From assembly GCA_947478395.1 (NCBI GenBank), contig CANJVR010000002.1:224001-288000 (forward strand): 64,000 bases of DNA. Reading direction: 5' to 3'. A model generated the notes under the pieces. That model was given only the letters and a program-made list of their open reading frames with translations, was not told the origin of the DNA and ran no database searches. Shown piece by piece: positions 8,629 to 18,374 of the stretch. Numbering within the stretch: position 1 is the first letter of the stretch; the number at the start of each line of letters is the position of its first letter. Both the position numbers and the translations under genes were made by a program. The stretch is from Opitutia bacterium. GTDB lineage: Bacteria > Verrucomicrobiota > Verrucomicrobiia > Opitutales > Opitutaceae.

Positions 8629-9870
8629 ATGAAAATATTTTATCCGTCGCTCCTACTTTTGACATTCGCTGCTTCCGTGGTCCACGCCGCTCCGCCATCG
8701 CTCGTGAAACCGGAAACGGTGGGCTTGTCGTCCGAACGTCTGGCCCGGATCGGGCCTTTTGTGGAGCGCTTGCAGGCGGAAAACAAAATCGCGGGCGCGG
8801 TCACCGTGGTCGCCCGGCGCGGACAAGTGGTGCAGTTTGAGGCCCACGGTTTTTCGGATTTGGAAACCAAGCGGCCCATGCGCACCGACGATATCTTCGC
8901 AATGGCTTCGATGTCGAAGCCGGTTGCCACCGTCGCCGTCTTGATCCTGCTCGAGGAGCAACGGCTTTTGCTGACGGACCCGTTGGAGAAATTTCTGCCC
9001 GCGTTTCGCGATCGTAAAGTAGCCGTGGCCAAAGCCGGTGCGCCGAGCGGCTATGAACTCGTGCCGGCCGAACGCAGTATCACGATTCAAGATTTGCTGG
9101 CGCACCGATCCGGGTTTCCCGGCCAGCCTAACGACCAGCGTCCGGCGGCGACATTGTGGCGCGACGGAACAAGTTCGCTGCCGAAAGATCCGTTGCTGGC
9201 CGAGTACGTCGATCAACTCGCGACGCTCCCGCTCAACGCGCAGCCCGGCGCCGAATGGCGTTACGGCGCATCGACCGTCGTATTGGGACGCGTGATCGAA
9301 GTCGTGTCCGGAAAGCCGTTGGACGTTTTTCTGCGCGAGAAAATTTTCGGACCGCTGGGGATGGTCGACACGGGCTTTAGCGTACCGCCGGAAAAACTGA
9401 GCCGCCTCGTCTCAATCTATGCGCGTTCGGCGGGAAAGGGACTCGTGAAGGCTGCAGCGCCCGCGACGTCGCCGAAATTTCTGTCGGCGAGCGGTGGGCT
9501 GTTTTCAACGCCCCCCGACTATCTGCGGTTCGCGCTCATGCTCGCCAACGGGGGCGCACTCGACGGTCACCGCCTACTCGGTCGGAAAACGATTGAGCTG
9601 ATCAACGCACCGCTGACGGATCAGATCCCGCTGCCGTTTTTGCGCGGACAGGGTTTCGGCCTGAACGCCGCGGTGCTCAAGGTCGGGGGTGAAGCGGGAC
9701 TGCTCGGTTCGCCGGGCACCTATGGCTGGGCCGGCTCGTACAACACCTATTTCCGGATCGATCCGCAGGAGAAAATCGTGCTCGCGATTTTTCAGCAGCA
9801 GACCCCGGCGAACGATCAGGAGAGCACCTACGGTTTTCAGAACCTCGTGATGCAGGCCGTGGTGGATTGA
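8629..9870 (+). CDS. Secreted serine hydrolase, beta-lactamase class C-like family
   Basis: Signal peptide; SMSK (SxxK), LLAHRSG, PGAEWRYG, IFGPLGMVDT, YGWAG motifs. Confidence 0.9.
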   Translation: MKIFYPSLLLLTFAASVVHAAPPSLVKPETVGLSSERLARIGPFVERLQAENKIAGAVTVVARRGQVVQFEAHGFSDLETKRPMRTDDIFAMASMSKPVATVAVLILLEEQRLLLTDPLEKFLPAFRDRKVAVAKAGAPSGYELVPAERSITIQDLLAHRSGFPGQPNDQRPAATLWRDGTSSLPKDPLLAEYVDQLATLPLNAQPGAEWRYGASTVVLGRVIEVVSGKPLDVFLREKIFGPLGMVDTGFSVPPEKLSRLVSIYARSAGKGLVKAAAPATSPKFLSASGGLFSTPPDYLRFALMLANGGALDGHRLLGRKTIELINAPLTDQIPLPFLRGQGFGLNAAVLKVGGEAGLLGSPGTYGWAGSYNTYFRIDPQEKIVLAIFQQQTPANDQESTYGFQNLVMQAVVD

Positions 9871-9925
9871 CGTTCGGTGAGTCGCGCGGTCCTTCAGCCC
9901 GCGGGCCGAGACTCAAACCGCGGGT

Positions 9926-10067
9926 TAGAGCCGTTTAATCGAAAGCGTAGCGCCTAACGACGTAGCGGCGGGAGTCCCCGCCTGCCGAAACCAGGACGTC
10001 GAAGCCGGCAGGCAGAGACGCCTGCCGCCCCGTAAAACGGCCACGGAAAAACTCAAGCCGTGGCCTA
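9926..10067. repeat. ~142-bp MITE/REPIN-like dispersed element, copy 2 (inverted relative to copy 1)
   Basis: TAGAGCCGTTTAATC...GTAGCGGCGGGAGTCCCCGCCTGCCG...CGGCAGGCAGAGACGCCTGCCGC...CTCAAGCCGTGGCCTA; homologous to 6056-6196. Confidence 0.85.
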
Positions 10068-10096
10068 AGGCACCGCGCTACTGCGGACATCGCCCG

Positions 10097-11143
10097 TCAC
10101 TCGGTCCTTTGATCGCTCGCGCCTTGAAAGTAATCGGCGTGCGGTCCGAGCAGCGCCAGGACCTCCGCCGTGGCGGAATTCAGTTGCGCGAGTTGAGCGG
10201 CGGATAGCCGGCGTTCGGCGGCGTGAAGATTTCCGGCGAGTTGTGCGGCGTTGCGGGAGCCCGCCAGCACGCAAGTGATCGCGGGGTCGGCAAGGGCCCA
10301 TGCGATTGCCAGTTCGCCGATCGGAATACCCGCGTCGTCGGCGATCTGCGCGATGGCCGCGAGCGCCGCTTGGGTCTGCGGTTCGATCCCGGCTTCGCCG
10401 TGACGCGAACCGGTGCGATGACCGGCAAAGTGGCGCGTGCGCGTACGGATTGGCGGCAGTTCGTCGAAGGAGGAAACGCGTTTCGACAGCACACCCTGCA
10501 TCAGCGTCATGTAGCCGAGGATGCCGATGCCGGCTGCACGACAGTAGGGAATGATCTCCGCCTCGATGCCGCGCATGAGCAGGTTGTAGGCGAGTTCGTT
10601 GACGGCGATCTGCACGCCGGTCGCGCGTGCTTCGGTCATCTGCTTCACGCCGAAATTACTGACGCCGATGTGCCTGATTTTTCCTTCCCGTTGCAGGGCG
10701 GCGAGGGTTTGAAACGCCTCGGCGGTTTGAGGCGGGTGGGCGAGCAGCGTGGGGTCGGCGGTGTAATGGCGCAGGGAGTTCGCATTGATGGGCCAGTGCA
10801 CCATGTAGACGTCGAGGTAGTCGGTTTGCAGGCGATGCAGACTCGCCTCGCATTTTGCCCGCAGCACGGATGGCGCTGTATGGTTGGGACTGATTTTGCT
10901 GCCGATGATCGCGCGATCGCGGCGGCCTTTGAGCGCGAGGCCGAGCGAGGTTTCGCTGGTCCCGTGGTTATACATTTCGGCGGTGTCGAAATAGTTCACG
11001 CCGGCGTCGAGCGCGGAAGCGACGACGGCATCGACGTCCTGCTGGCTTTGCGCGCCCCAATAATCGCCGCCTCCGAACGACCAGCAGCCGAGCCCGATGA
11101 CGGGCAGTTTCAGAGAAGTTTTTCCGCAGTGGCGCGTTTCCAT
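10097..11143 (-). CDS. Aldo/keto reductase
   Basis: GLGCWSFGG, FDTAEMY, SLHRLQTDYLDVYMVHWP, GKIRHIGVSNF motifs. Confidence 0.93.
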   Translation of the reverse strand: METRHCGKTSLKLPVIGLGCWSFGGGDYWGAQSQQDVDAVVASALDAGVNYFDTAEMYNHGTSETSLGLALKGRRDRAIIGSKISPNHTAPSVLRAKCEASLHRLQTDYLDVYMVHWPINANSLRHYTADPTLLAHPPQTAEAFQTLAALQREGKIRHIGVSNFGVKQMTEARATGVQIAVNELAYNLLMRGIEAEIIPYCRAAGIGILGYMTLMQGVLSKRVSSFDELPPIRTRTRHFAGHRTGSRHGEAGIEPQTQAALAAIAQIADDAGIPIGELAIAWALADPAITCVLAGSRNAAQLAGNLHAAERRLSAAQLAQLNSATAEVLALLGPHADYFQGASDQRTE

Positions 11144-11369
11144 GGCGTCGTAGCCGGTGAGCCAACGATCGATCGGGATATGCGGCGAGGAAAACTTGGA
11201 GAGTTTTGGGAATGCTCACGCGCGTGCGTTTTAGTGACCGGTTTTTAATCGGCACCGCTTATGCGGTAGGGCCACCTGATCGATCACGCGTGTCTCCTCC
11301 GAAGTACGCAGGCGATCGCGCGGCGAGGTGTCACCTCGAAGGGGGTTCAGGATCAGAAGCGCGGCCGCG

Positions 11370-13664
11370 TTAGCCGGAGAAAGCGGCGGCGATTTTTTCG
11401 CGGAGGTGTGTGATCCGTTGTTTTGATTCGCTGTTGCGGACGGCCATCGCGTAAGCGGCGGGCTCGCCGACGAGGAAAACTTTTTTCCGTCCGCGGGTGA
11501 TCGCGGTATAAATCAGGTTTCGCTGGAGCATCATGAAATGCGCCTTGAGCAACGGGACGATCACCACCGGGTATTCGCTGCCCTGCGATTTGTGGATGCT
11601 GATGGTGTAGGCGAGGGCGAGGTCGTTGAACTCACCGCGCTCGAACGTGTGCAGGTCGCCGTCGAAGTCGGCGGTGAAGCTGCCGCGCTCGGCGTTCACG
11701 GCGGTGATGAGACCGATGTCACCGTTAAAGAGGTTTTTGTCGTAGTTGTTGCGGAGCTGAATGACTTTGTCGCCCGCGCGGAATTCGCCGGAAGGTGTGC
11801 GCAGCCCTTTCGCGCCCGGCGGAAGCGGATTAAGTGCGCCCTGCAGCTGCGCGTTCAAATTACCGACGCCGGCGACGCCCTTGTGCATCGGGGCGAGGAC
11901 TTGTACGTCGGCGATGGGATGCGGCCACTTGAGTTTTTGTGGAATGAACGCGGTGCAGAGCTCGATGGTTTTGCGGACGCAATCCTCGGCGTCGGTGGCG
12001 GTGATGAAAGTTAGGTCGGACCATACTTGGACGGCCGCGACTTCGTTGACGGCGGGTGGGAGCGAAGGATCGCCGGCGTTGATGGCGTGGGCGGTTGTGA
12101 CGATTTCACTTTGGCCCTGCTGGCGAAAAATGACGGAGAGGCGCGTGACGGCGGCGGCTGACGCGATTTGAGTTTTGAGATTCGAGAGTTGAGCTTCGGA
12201 GGTCGCGATCAGGTCCTTGAGAATGTTGCCCGCGCCGACGCTGGGCAGCTGATCGGTGTCGCCGACGAGCAGGAGATGGGCGCGGGAAGGAACGGCCTGG
12301 AGCAGCGCAGCGGCGAGGCGCGTATCGAGCATCGAGGCTTCGTCGAGAATCAGAAAATCTGTGGCGAGCGGGGTCGACTCGTTGGAAATAAAACCGCCGG
12401 TGGCCGGGTCGTATTTGAGCAGCCGGTGAATCGTGGTGGCAAAACCGCCGGTGGTGGCGGCGAGGCGTTGCGCGGCGCGGCCGGTAGGGGCGGCCAGGTG
12501 CACGCGGACCTTTTTCGCTTTCAGGATTTCGACGAGCGCGCGCAGGATCGTGGTTTTGCCCGTGCCGGGTCCGCCGGTGAGAATCGTGACCTTGTGCGTG
12601 AGCGCGTTTTTGAGGGCGGTGCGCTGGAGATCGGCGAAGGTGAAGCCGGCCTTTTTCTCGGCCCACTCGACCGCGGCGTCGGCTTTGATCGGCGGCAAGC
12701 CGCTGGCGACCCGCGTGAGGCGGGCGACGGTCGCGGCGATTTTTTGTTCGGCGCGGTGGTTGTGCGGGAGCTGAATTAGCGCGGGGCGCTGATCCGGCTT
12801 GGTTTCGGGTTTCGACGGTGCTCCGAGAGGGTGGCGGACGACGGCCTTCGACTCGACGAGGGCGGCGATGCGGGCGGTGACGAGATTTGAGTCGGTCTCG
12901 AGTTGGAGGGCCGAGTGCGCGATGAGATCCGTTTCGAGAAAGGCGGTGTGACCTTCCTCCTGGAGGGTTTCGAGCGCGTAAATTAGGCCGGCGTCGAGGC
13001 GGGGCGCGGCATCGTTGGCGAATCCGAGATTGATCGCGATGCGGTCGGCGGTTTTGAAACCGATGCCATCAATTTCACGGGCCACGCGATAAGGCTCAGT
13101 GGTGAGAATCGTTTTGGCCTCCGCGCCGTATTTGCCGACGAGCTTCACGCATTGGCTCGGCGTGACGCCGTAGGTTTGAAGGAAAATATACAGTTCACGT
13201 TCCGTGCGTTTCGAATCCCAGGCGGTCTTGATCGCGCCCGCGCGCTTTTTGCCGATGCCGTCGACGTTGCGCAGCCGGCCGGATTCCTCGCTGAGGATGC
13301 GAAACGTGTCGGTGCCGAAAGCGTCGACGATTTTGTTGGCGTAGACTTTGCCGATGCCCGGCACGAGGCCGCTGCCGAGATATTTGCGGATGCCGTAGAC
13401 GCTCGCAGGCAGTTCGCTTTTAAAACCTACGACCTTGAATTGTGCTCCGTGCTGGGCGTGACGCGTCCACTCGCCGGTGAGATGGAGGGTCTCGCCGCAT
13501 TCCACGCCGGGTAGGGCGCCAACGATCGTGACCTTTTCATTTTTCTCGTCGGCGGCGGGTCGAAGGTCGGGCCGAAACTCGGCAATCGTGTAGTGATTCT
13601 CCTCGTTGAGAAATACGATGCGCTCGAGAACGCCGGTGAGCGTGGAAGAAGCAGGGGAAGCCAC
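11370..13664 (-). CDS. recD2: ATP-dependent RecD-like DNA helicase (RecD2)
   Basis: N-terminal OB/HhH region (GIGKVYA, GIGFKTAD), GGPGTGKT, DEASM, GDTDQLPSVG, SIHKSQGSEY, YTAITR. Confidence 0.94.
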   Translation of the reverse strand: MASPASSTLTGVLERIVFLNEENHYTIAEFRPDLRPAADEKNEKVTIVGALPGVECGETLHLTGEWTRHAQHGAQFKVVGFKSELPASVYGIRKYLGSGLVPGIGKVYANKIVDAFGTDTFRILSEESGRLRNVDGIGKKRAGAIKTAWDSKRTERELYIFLQTYGVTPSQCVKLVGKYGAEAKTILTTEPYRVAREIDGIGFKTADRIAINLGFANDAAPRLDAGLIYALETLQEEGHTAFLETDLIAHSALQLETDSNLVTARIAALVESKAVVRHPLGAPSKPETKPDQRPALIQLPHNHRAEQKIAATVARLTRVASGLPPIKADAAVEWAEKKAGFTFADLQRTALKNALTHKVTILTGGPGTGKTTILRALVEILKAKKVRVHLAAPTGRAAQRLAATTGGFATTIHRLLKYDPATGGFISNESTPLATDFLILDEASMLDTRLAAALLQAVPSRAHLLLVGDTDQLPSVGAGNILKDLIATSEAQLSNLKTQIASAAAVTRLSVIFRQQGQSEIVTTAHAINAGDPSLPPAVNEVAAVQVWSDLTFITATDAEDCVRKTIELCTAFIPQKLKWPHPIADVQVLAPMHKGVAGVGNLNAQLQGALNPLPPGAKGLRTPSGEFRAGDKVIQLRNNYDKNLFNGDIGLITAVNAERGSFTADFDGDLHTFERGEFNDLALAYTISIHKSQGSEYPVVIVPLLKAHFMMLQRNLIYTAITRGRKKVFLVGEPAAYAMAVRNSESKQRITHLREKIAAAFSG
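12165..12192. repeat. 7-nt periodic repeat inside the recD2 coding sequence
   Basis: + strand GATTTGA GTTTTGA GATTCGA GAGTTGA; encodes part of SEAQLSNLKTQIAS on the - strand. Confidence 0.65.
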
Positions 13665-13855
13665 GACGGAGGGAAGGCGGGTGTCAGGGGCCGACGATTT
13701 CTCCGGGCCGGCCTTTGGCCGTTGAATCGCCGCAGGTAAACAGCCTGGCCGGGTGGGTCATGGTGCTACCGTGGCGTGGGAGAAAACACCGTCAAGCATC
13801 GCAGGGAGCATAAACGGGTGTTGCGCGGCGATCGGGGAAGGCCCATCCCCGGAAG

Positions 13856-14317
13856 ATGAGCGATGTCGTCACCAGTTCGTTTTTACCCGTGATTCAACTC
13901 GCGGTGACGCCGGTGATTTTACTGTCCGGCGTAGGCGCGCTGATGATTACGCTGACGAACCGCATGGGGCGCATCGTCGATCGCACGCGCAGTCTAGCGG
14001 GGCAAGTGCGCGGCGCGGCCGAGCCGGATCGCGATCATTTCAACGGTCAGTTGGGGATCATGTGGCGGCGGGCAAAACTCATCCGGCTGGCGGTGACGCT
14101 CGCCGCACTGAGCATGCTGCTTTCCTGTTTACTGGTGATGGTGATCTTCATCGATGCGTCGATTCATCGGGAGTTCGGTCTGGAAATGGTCGTGATCTTC
14201 TCGGCGAGCATCGGGTGCCTGATCGCTTCGTTGCTCGCGTTTTTGCGCGATATCTGGATGTCGCTTTGGGCTTTGGGCATAGAGGTGCATCGGGCGCGGC
14301 CCGGGGCGACGGGGTGA
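13856..14317 (+). CDS. DUF2721-like membrane protein
   Basis: IQLAVTPVILLSGVGAL...TNRMGRIVDRTRSL signature; three TM segments. Confidence 0.8.
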   Translation: MSDVVTSSFLPVIQLAVTPVILLSGVGALMITLTNRMGRIVDRTRSLAGQVRGAAEPDRDHFNGQLGIMWRRAKLIRLAVTLAALSMLLSCLLVMVIFIDASIHREFGLEMVVIFSASIGCLIASLLAFLRDIWMSLWALGIEVHRARPGATG

Positions 14318-14531
14318 GTCGTGATAGAAAATTGCGTTTCGCAATGAGCGGAACGCGGGAGCGTTGCGGCGCGGACCGGCGTAAGCCCAGGTCGCCTTAG
14401 GCGCCCTTTACGGTCTTAGCGGGCACGTGGCCGTTGAAAGGAAAGCCCCCGCCTTGTTTTGTTTTCACTTCTGCGGTGACGTCGTAGGTCTTTCCGCTTG
14501 CGGCCGCTCGGGTGCGCGCCCAAGAACTGTC

Positions 14532-15215
14532 CTAGTTCGATTTCAACGGCATCGTTCCGGTTGAGTGACCCAATAACGCGCGATGCACTTCCGGTAGTCC
14601 GGGGAAAATACGGTCGGCTCCGTGAACTCGCAGTTCTTCGGCGGTGTGGGTTCCGGTCGTGACGACCCAGCACGGAAATCCCGCGTTGTGGGCCGCGTCG
14701 ACGTCCCAGGGAGAGTCGCCGACCAGCATCGTTCCCTCGGCTTTGGCGCCCAGCGCGCGCAGGACGTGGTCGGCGAATTCGGGCTGCGGTTTCAACCAGG
14801 GCGTGTCCATGGCGCCGAAAATGCCGCGCACCAGTGGCGTGACCCCGAGGTGGTCGCAGACTTCGCGGGCGGACGGGCCGTGTTTGTTGGTGAACACGGC
14901 GCAGGTTGCCCCTTGGGCATTGAGCGCGCGGATTAATTCGAGCGCGCCGGGCATCAATTTCAGGCCGACCAGCAGGTGCTGGGGAAAACAGGATCGATAG
15001 TACGCGGTCGCCTCGACCACCAACGCGGCGTGTTGGGGGCCGAAGAGTTTCGCAATGGCCTGCTCGATTCCGCCTCCGATGGCATTGCGAACATCGATTA
15101 ACGACGGTGGCGGAAGCCCGAAATGCGTCATCGTTTGTGTATGGCAACGGTGAATGGCCTCGAAGTGATCGAGGAGCGTTCCGTCGAGATCGAATAGAAA
15201 GGTTCGAAACAGCAT
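14532..15215 (-). CDS. HAD-superfamily hydrolase (phosphoglycolate phosphatase-like)
   Basis: FDLDGTL motif I, TNK, KPQP, VGDSPWD; ATG at 15215. Confidence 0.9.
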   Translation of the reverse strand: MLFRTFLFDLDGTLLDHFEAIHRCHTQTMTHFGLPPPSLIDVRNAIGGGIEQAIAKLFGPQHAALVVEATAYYRSCFPQHLLVGLKLMPGALELIRALNAQGATCAVFTNKHGPSAREVCDHLGVTPLVRGIFGAMDTPWLKPQPEFADHVLRALGAKAEGTMLVGDSPWDVDAAHNAGFPCWVVTTGTHTAEELRVHGADRIFPGLPEVHRALLGHSTGTMPLKSN

Positions 15216-15308
15216 AATCGGGCCGAAGCTTGCGGCGGATGGCGGTGGAAAAGCACGGAAATTGTTTTCGGTTTTGCTTTGCGGAGCGACGTAAGCAAAA
15301 GAGAGGTG

Positions 15309-16436
15309 ATGCCCGATCATCCCGATATCCTGAATGCCCTCGTATCGGCCCGGACCGATGGCACGGTGCTCACGGTCGAGCTCGCGGGAAAATGGCGCAT
15401 CACCGAACCACGCCCGGTCTGGGCGGAATTTATCGGGGCCCAAGCGCCCGAGTGCGTGCGGGTCGGAATGACGGACGTGGCAAAATGGGATGCGTCGCTT
15501 CTGCTGTTTCTTTTCGAGGTCCAGCGCTGGTGCCTGACGGCGAGCGCGGAGTGCGATTTATCCGGCCTGCCGGTAAAAGTTCAGGTGCTGCTAAAGCAGC
15601 TGACTGAGTCCCATGCTTCAAGTATCCCGGTCGATCGGTCGGAGAATTTTTTCACCGCGATCGGCAACGCCACGCAAGATGCGTGGGTGAAGGCGCGGGA
15701 AATCATGCACTTTGTCGGCGAGTGCGTGCTTGGTGCGATCCGATTTGTCGGCAGTCCGCATCGGTTTCGCTGGCGGGATTGGTTCGAGGAAATGCAACAG
15801 TGCGGAGCCATGGCGCTGCCGATCGTGAGTCTGGTGAGCCTTTTGGTCGGGGTGACGCTGGCCTACACGGGAGCGATCGTCCTGCGGCAGTATGGCGGGG
15901 ATATTTATATCGCGGATTTGATCGGGCTTTCGATGGTGCGGGAAATGGGTGCGGTGATGACGGCGGTGGTGCTTGCGGGCCGCACCGGTGCCGCCTTTGC
16001 GGCGACCATCGGGAACATGAAGGCCAATGAGGAAATCGATGCACTCGAAGCGCTCGGCATTCCCACGGTGCAGTTCCTCGTGTTTCCCCGCTTGCTCGCG
16101 CTAGGGGTGATGATGCCGCTGCTCGCATTGTACGCCAACGCCCTCGGAATTCTGGGCGGACTGATTGTTGCCTTCGGGCTCCTGTCGATCCCGCCGACGG
16201 CGTTTTGGGCCGAGATGCTCACCATCGTGGATTTGTCTGACATCGTGACGGGCGTCGTGAAAGCCACGGCGTTCGGCTTGATCGTGGGCCTTGCCGGATG
16301 CTTGCGCGGTCTGCAGGCGGAACGAAGCGCGTCGGGAGTCGGCCGCGCGGCGACGTCTGCTGTCGTGACCTCCATTCTACTGATCATCGTGGCCGACGCG
16401 GTTTTCGCGGTGGTGTTTAACGTTCTCGGAGTCTGA
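15309..16436 (+). CDS. mlaE: MlaE-family ABC permease with N-terminal STAS-like domain
   Basis: REMGAVMTAVVLAGRTGAAFAA, EEIDALEALG, VGRAATSAVV; GAGAGGTG RBS-like sequence before ATG 15309. Confidence 0.9.
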   Translation: MPDHPDILNALVSARTDGTVLTVELAGKWRITEPRPVWAEFIGAQAPECVRVGMTDVAKWDASLLLFLFEVQRWCLTASAECDLSGLPVKVQVLLKQLTESHASSIPVDRSENFFTAIGNATQDAWVKAREIMHFVGECVLGAIRFVGSPHRFRWRDWFEEMQQCGAMALPIVSLVSLLVGVTLAYTGAIVLRQYGGDIYIADLIGLSMVREMGAVMTAVVLAGRTGAAFAATIGNMKANEEIDALEALGIPTVQFLVFPRLLALGVMMPLLALYANALGILGGLIVAFGLLSIPPTAFWAEMLTIVDLSDIVTGVVKATAFGLIVGLAGCLRGLQAERSASGVGRAATSAVVTSILLIIVADAVFAVVFNVLGV

Positions 16437-16440
16437 AGCG

Positions 16441-17223
16441 ATGCACGAAAAAAACTCCAATGAAAGTTCGCCCGCGATCGAAGTGGAGAATCTCGCGTGC
16501 GGTTACCACGGGACATCGATCATAAAGCAGGCGTCCTTCACCGTTTCGCGCGGAGAGATTTTCTTTATCATTGGTGGGTCGGGCTGCGGGAAAAGCACGC
16601 TGCTGCGCCATCTTGTGGGCCTGAATAATCCAACGGAGGGCCACGTGAAATTCTTTGGCCAGTCGTTTACGGACGCGAACCCGGCGGCACGGCGCGCGCG
16701 GCTGAAGACGTTTGGCATGTTGTTTCAAAGCGGCGCGCTCTGGAGTTCGCTCACGCTGCGGCAAAATGTGGCGTTGCCCCTGGAGGAATATACCACGCTC
16801 GCCCCGCGTGAAATTGATGAAGTGGCGACGTTCAAACTCGCGCAGGTCGGGCTCACGGGCTTCGAAGATTATTATCCGTCGGAAATCAGCGGCGGCATGC
16901 GGAAGCGGGCGGGTCTGGCCCGCGCCCTCTCGCTCGATCCGGATATCGTCTTTTTCGATGAGCCGTCGGCTGGTCTCGATCCAGTGACTTCGCGCAAGCT
17001 CGACGAGCTCATTCTCCAGGTACGGGAAATGTTCGGCACCACCATCGTGGTCGTGTCGCACGAGCTGGCCTCGATCTTCAGCATCGCCGACCGGGTGATC
17101 ATGCTCGATCGCACGGAGCAGGGTATCATCGCCCAGGGGCCGCCGGCGGAACTCGCGGCGAATAGCAGCGACCCGCGCGTATCCGAGTTCCTGCGCCGGG
17201 TCGACCCCCGGCCAAAGAAATGA
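16441..17223 (+). CDS. mlaF: MlaF-family ABC ATP-binding protein
   Basis: GGSGCGKS, ISGGMRKRAGLARAL, FFDEPSAGLDP, VSH. Confidence 0.92.
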   Translation: MHEKNSNESSPAIEVENLACGYHGTSIIKQASFTVSRGEIFFIIGGSGCGKSTLLRHLVGLNNPTEGHVKFFGQSFTDANPAARRARLKTFGMLFQSGALWSSLTLRQNVALPLEEYTTLAPREIDEVATFKLAQVGLTGFEDYYPSEISGGMRKRAGLARALSLDPDIVFFDEPSAGLDPVTSRKLDELILQVREMFGTTIVVVSHELASIFSIADRVIMLDRTEQGIIAQGPPAELAANSSDPRVSEFLRRVDPRPKK

Positions 17224-17335
17224 AAAGATTGGCCGAGCCCGCGAATTGTCGTTGCGAGGAACGGCGCGACGAAGCAATCCAACTATCCGCCTCCGCTGCG
17301 GCGCGGAGCGTACGCGCTATTGCCCACTAAAACCT

Positions 17336-18337
17336 GTGAAAACCAAGGTCAGTCCAGCCATCATCGGGGCTTTTGTGATTGGAGCGCTCGTGCTCGGCGT
17401 CGTGGCTTTGCTGTCGTTTGGCGGGGTGAGTTTTTTTGCGAAACCCCAGCGATTCGTCGTTTATTTCGATGAATCGATTCACGGCCTGACCCTCGGCGCG
17501 CCGTTGAAATTGCAAGGCGTGCCCGTCGGGCGCGTGGTGGACCTCAACATCCGCTACGACGAGAAAACTAACCTGTCGGCCGTCGCGGTCGTCTGCGAAT
17601 TCAGCAAGGATAAGCTCACGGACACCAAGGGCGTAGCCATCAATGTGTCCGACCGCGCCGAGCTACAGACCCTCGTGGATCACGGCTTGCGCGCCCAGCT
17701 CGGCGTGCAGGGCTATGCCACGGGCCTGTTGTTCGTCGAACTCGATTTTTTCAGTCCGAAGGAATATCCCGTCAATGCGCGGAGCACCGAACTCAAGTAC
17801 ATCGTGGTGCCCGCGGTGCCCTCTGCGATCTCGGGTATTTTGGCGAGTGCGACCGAGATTCTGACTAATCTGAAGCACGTGGATTTTGCGGGACTTTCTC
17901 GCGACTTGACGGGGTTGCTGGCGGAGGCGCGCAAGCGCGTCGATGGCGTTGATTTGAAAGGCACGCTTGAGCAATGGAAGAAAACCGGGTCGGCCGTTGA
18001 GGCGCTCGCGAGCTCCGCGGAGATCAAGCAGACCTTCGTGAACCTGAACGCGACACTGGCCGATCTGCGCACGACGCTCGGGAAACTCGATGGGCAAGTC
18101 GCGGCCACGGGCGGCGATCTGCACGCGACGTTGAATCAGGCGCAGGAGACGTTAAAGAATTTCAACGCGACCGCGGGTACGCTGCGAAATTTCATCAACG
18201 CGCAACAAGGTCTCGGCGAAGGCGCGAGCGAAACCTTTGCGAAGCTGGCCGAGGCGGCGGATGCCGTGCAGCGGCTGGCCGACTTCATCGAACGAAATCC
18301 GAATGCCATTCTCACGGGTAAAAAGCCGGCGCGCTGA
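17336..18337 (+). CDS. mlaD: MlaD/MCE-domain protein with helical C-terminus
   Basis: GTG start; N-terminal TM; MCE motif FDESIHGLTLGAPLKLQGVPVGRV; ends ERNPNAILTG. Confidence 0.88.
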   Translation: MKTKVSPAIIGAFVIGALVLGVVALLSFGGVSFFAKPQRFVVYFDESIHGLTLGAPLKLQGVPVGRVVDLNIRYDEKTNLSAVAVVCEFSKDKLTDTKGVAINVSDRAELQTLVDHGLRAQLGVQGYATGLLFVELDFFSPKEYPVNARSTELKYIVVPAVPSAISGILASATEILTNLKHVDFAGLSRDLTGLLAEARKRVDGVDLKGTLEQWKKTGSAVEALASSAEIKQTFVNLNATLADLRTTLGKLDGQVAATGGDLHATLNQAQETLKNFNATAGTLRNFINAQQGLGEGASETFAKLAEAADAVQRLADFIERNPNAILTGKKPAR

Positions 18338-18374
18338 GCGGCTCATTTTAATTTCAAAAATCACGTACACGAAA

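Noticed and set aside
3546..11201. Exact 13-mer CTCCAAGTTTTCC 42-45 nt upstream of both der and the aldo/keto reductase gene
   Set aside because: A 13-nt match is within chance expectation for this much sequence and the genes are functionally unrelated
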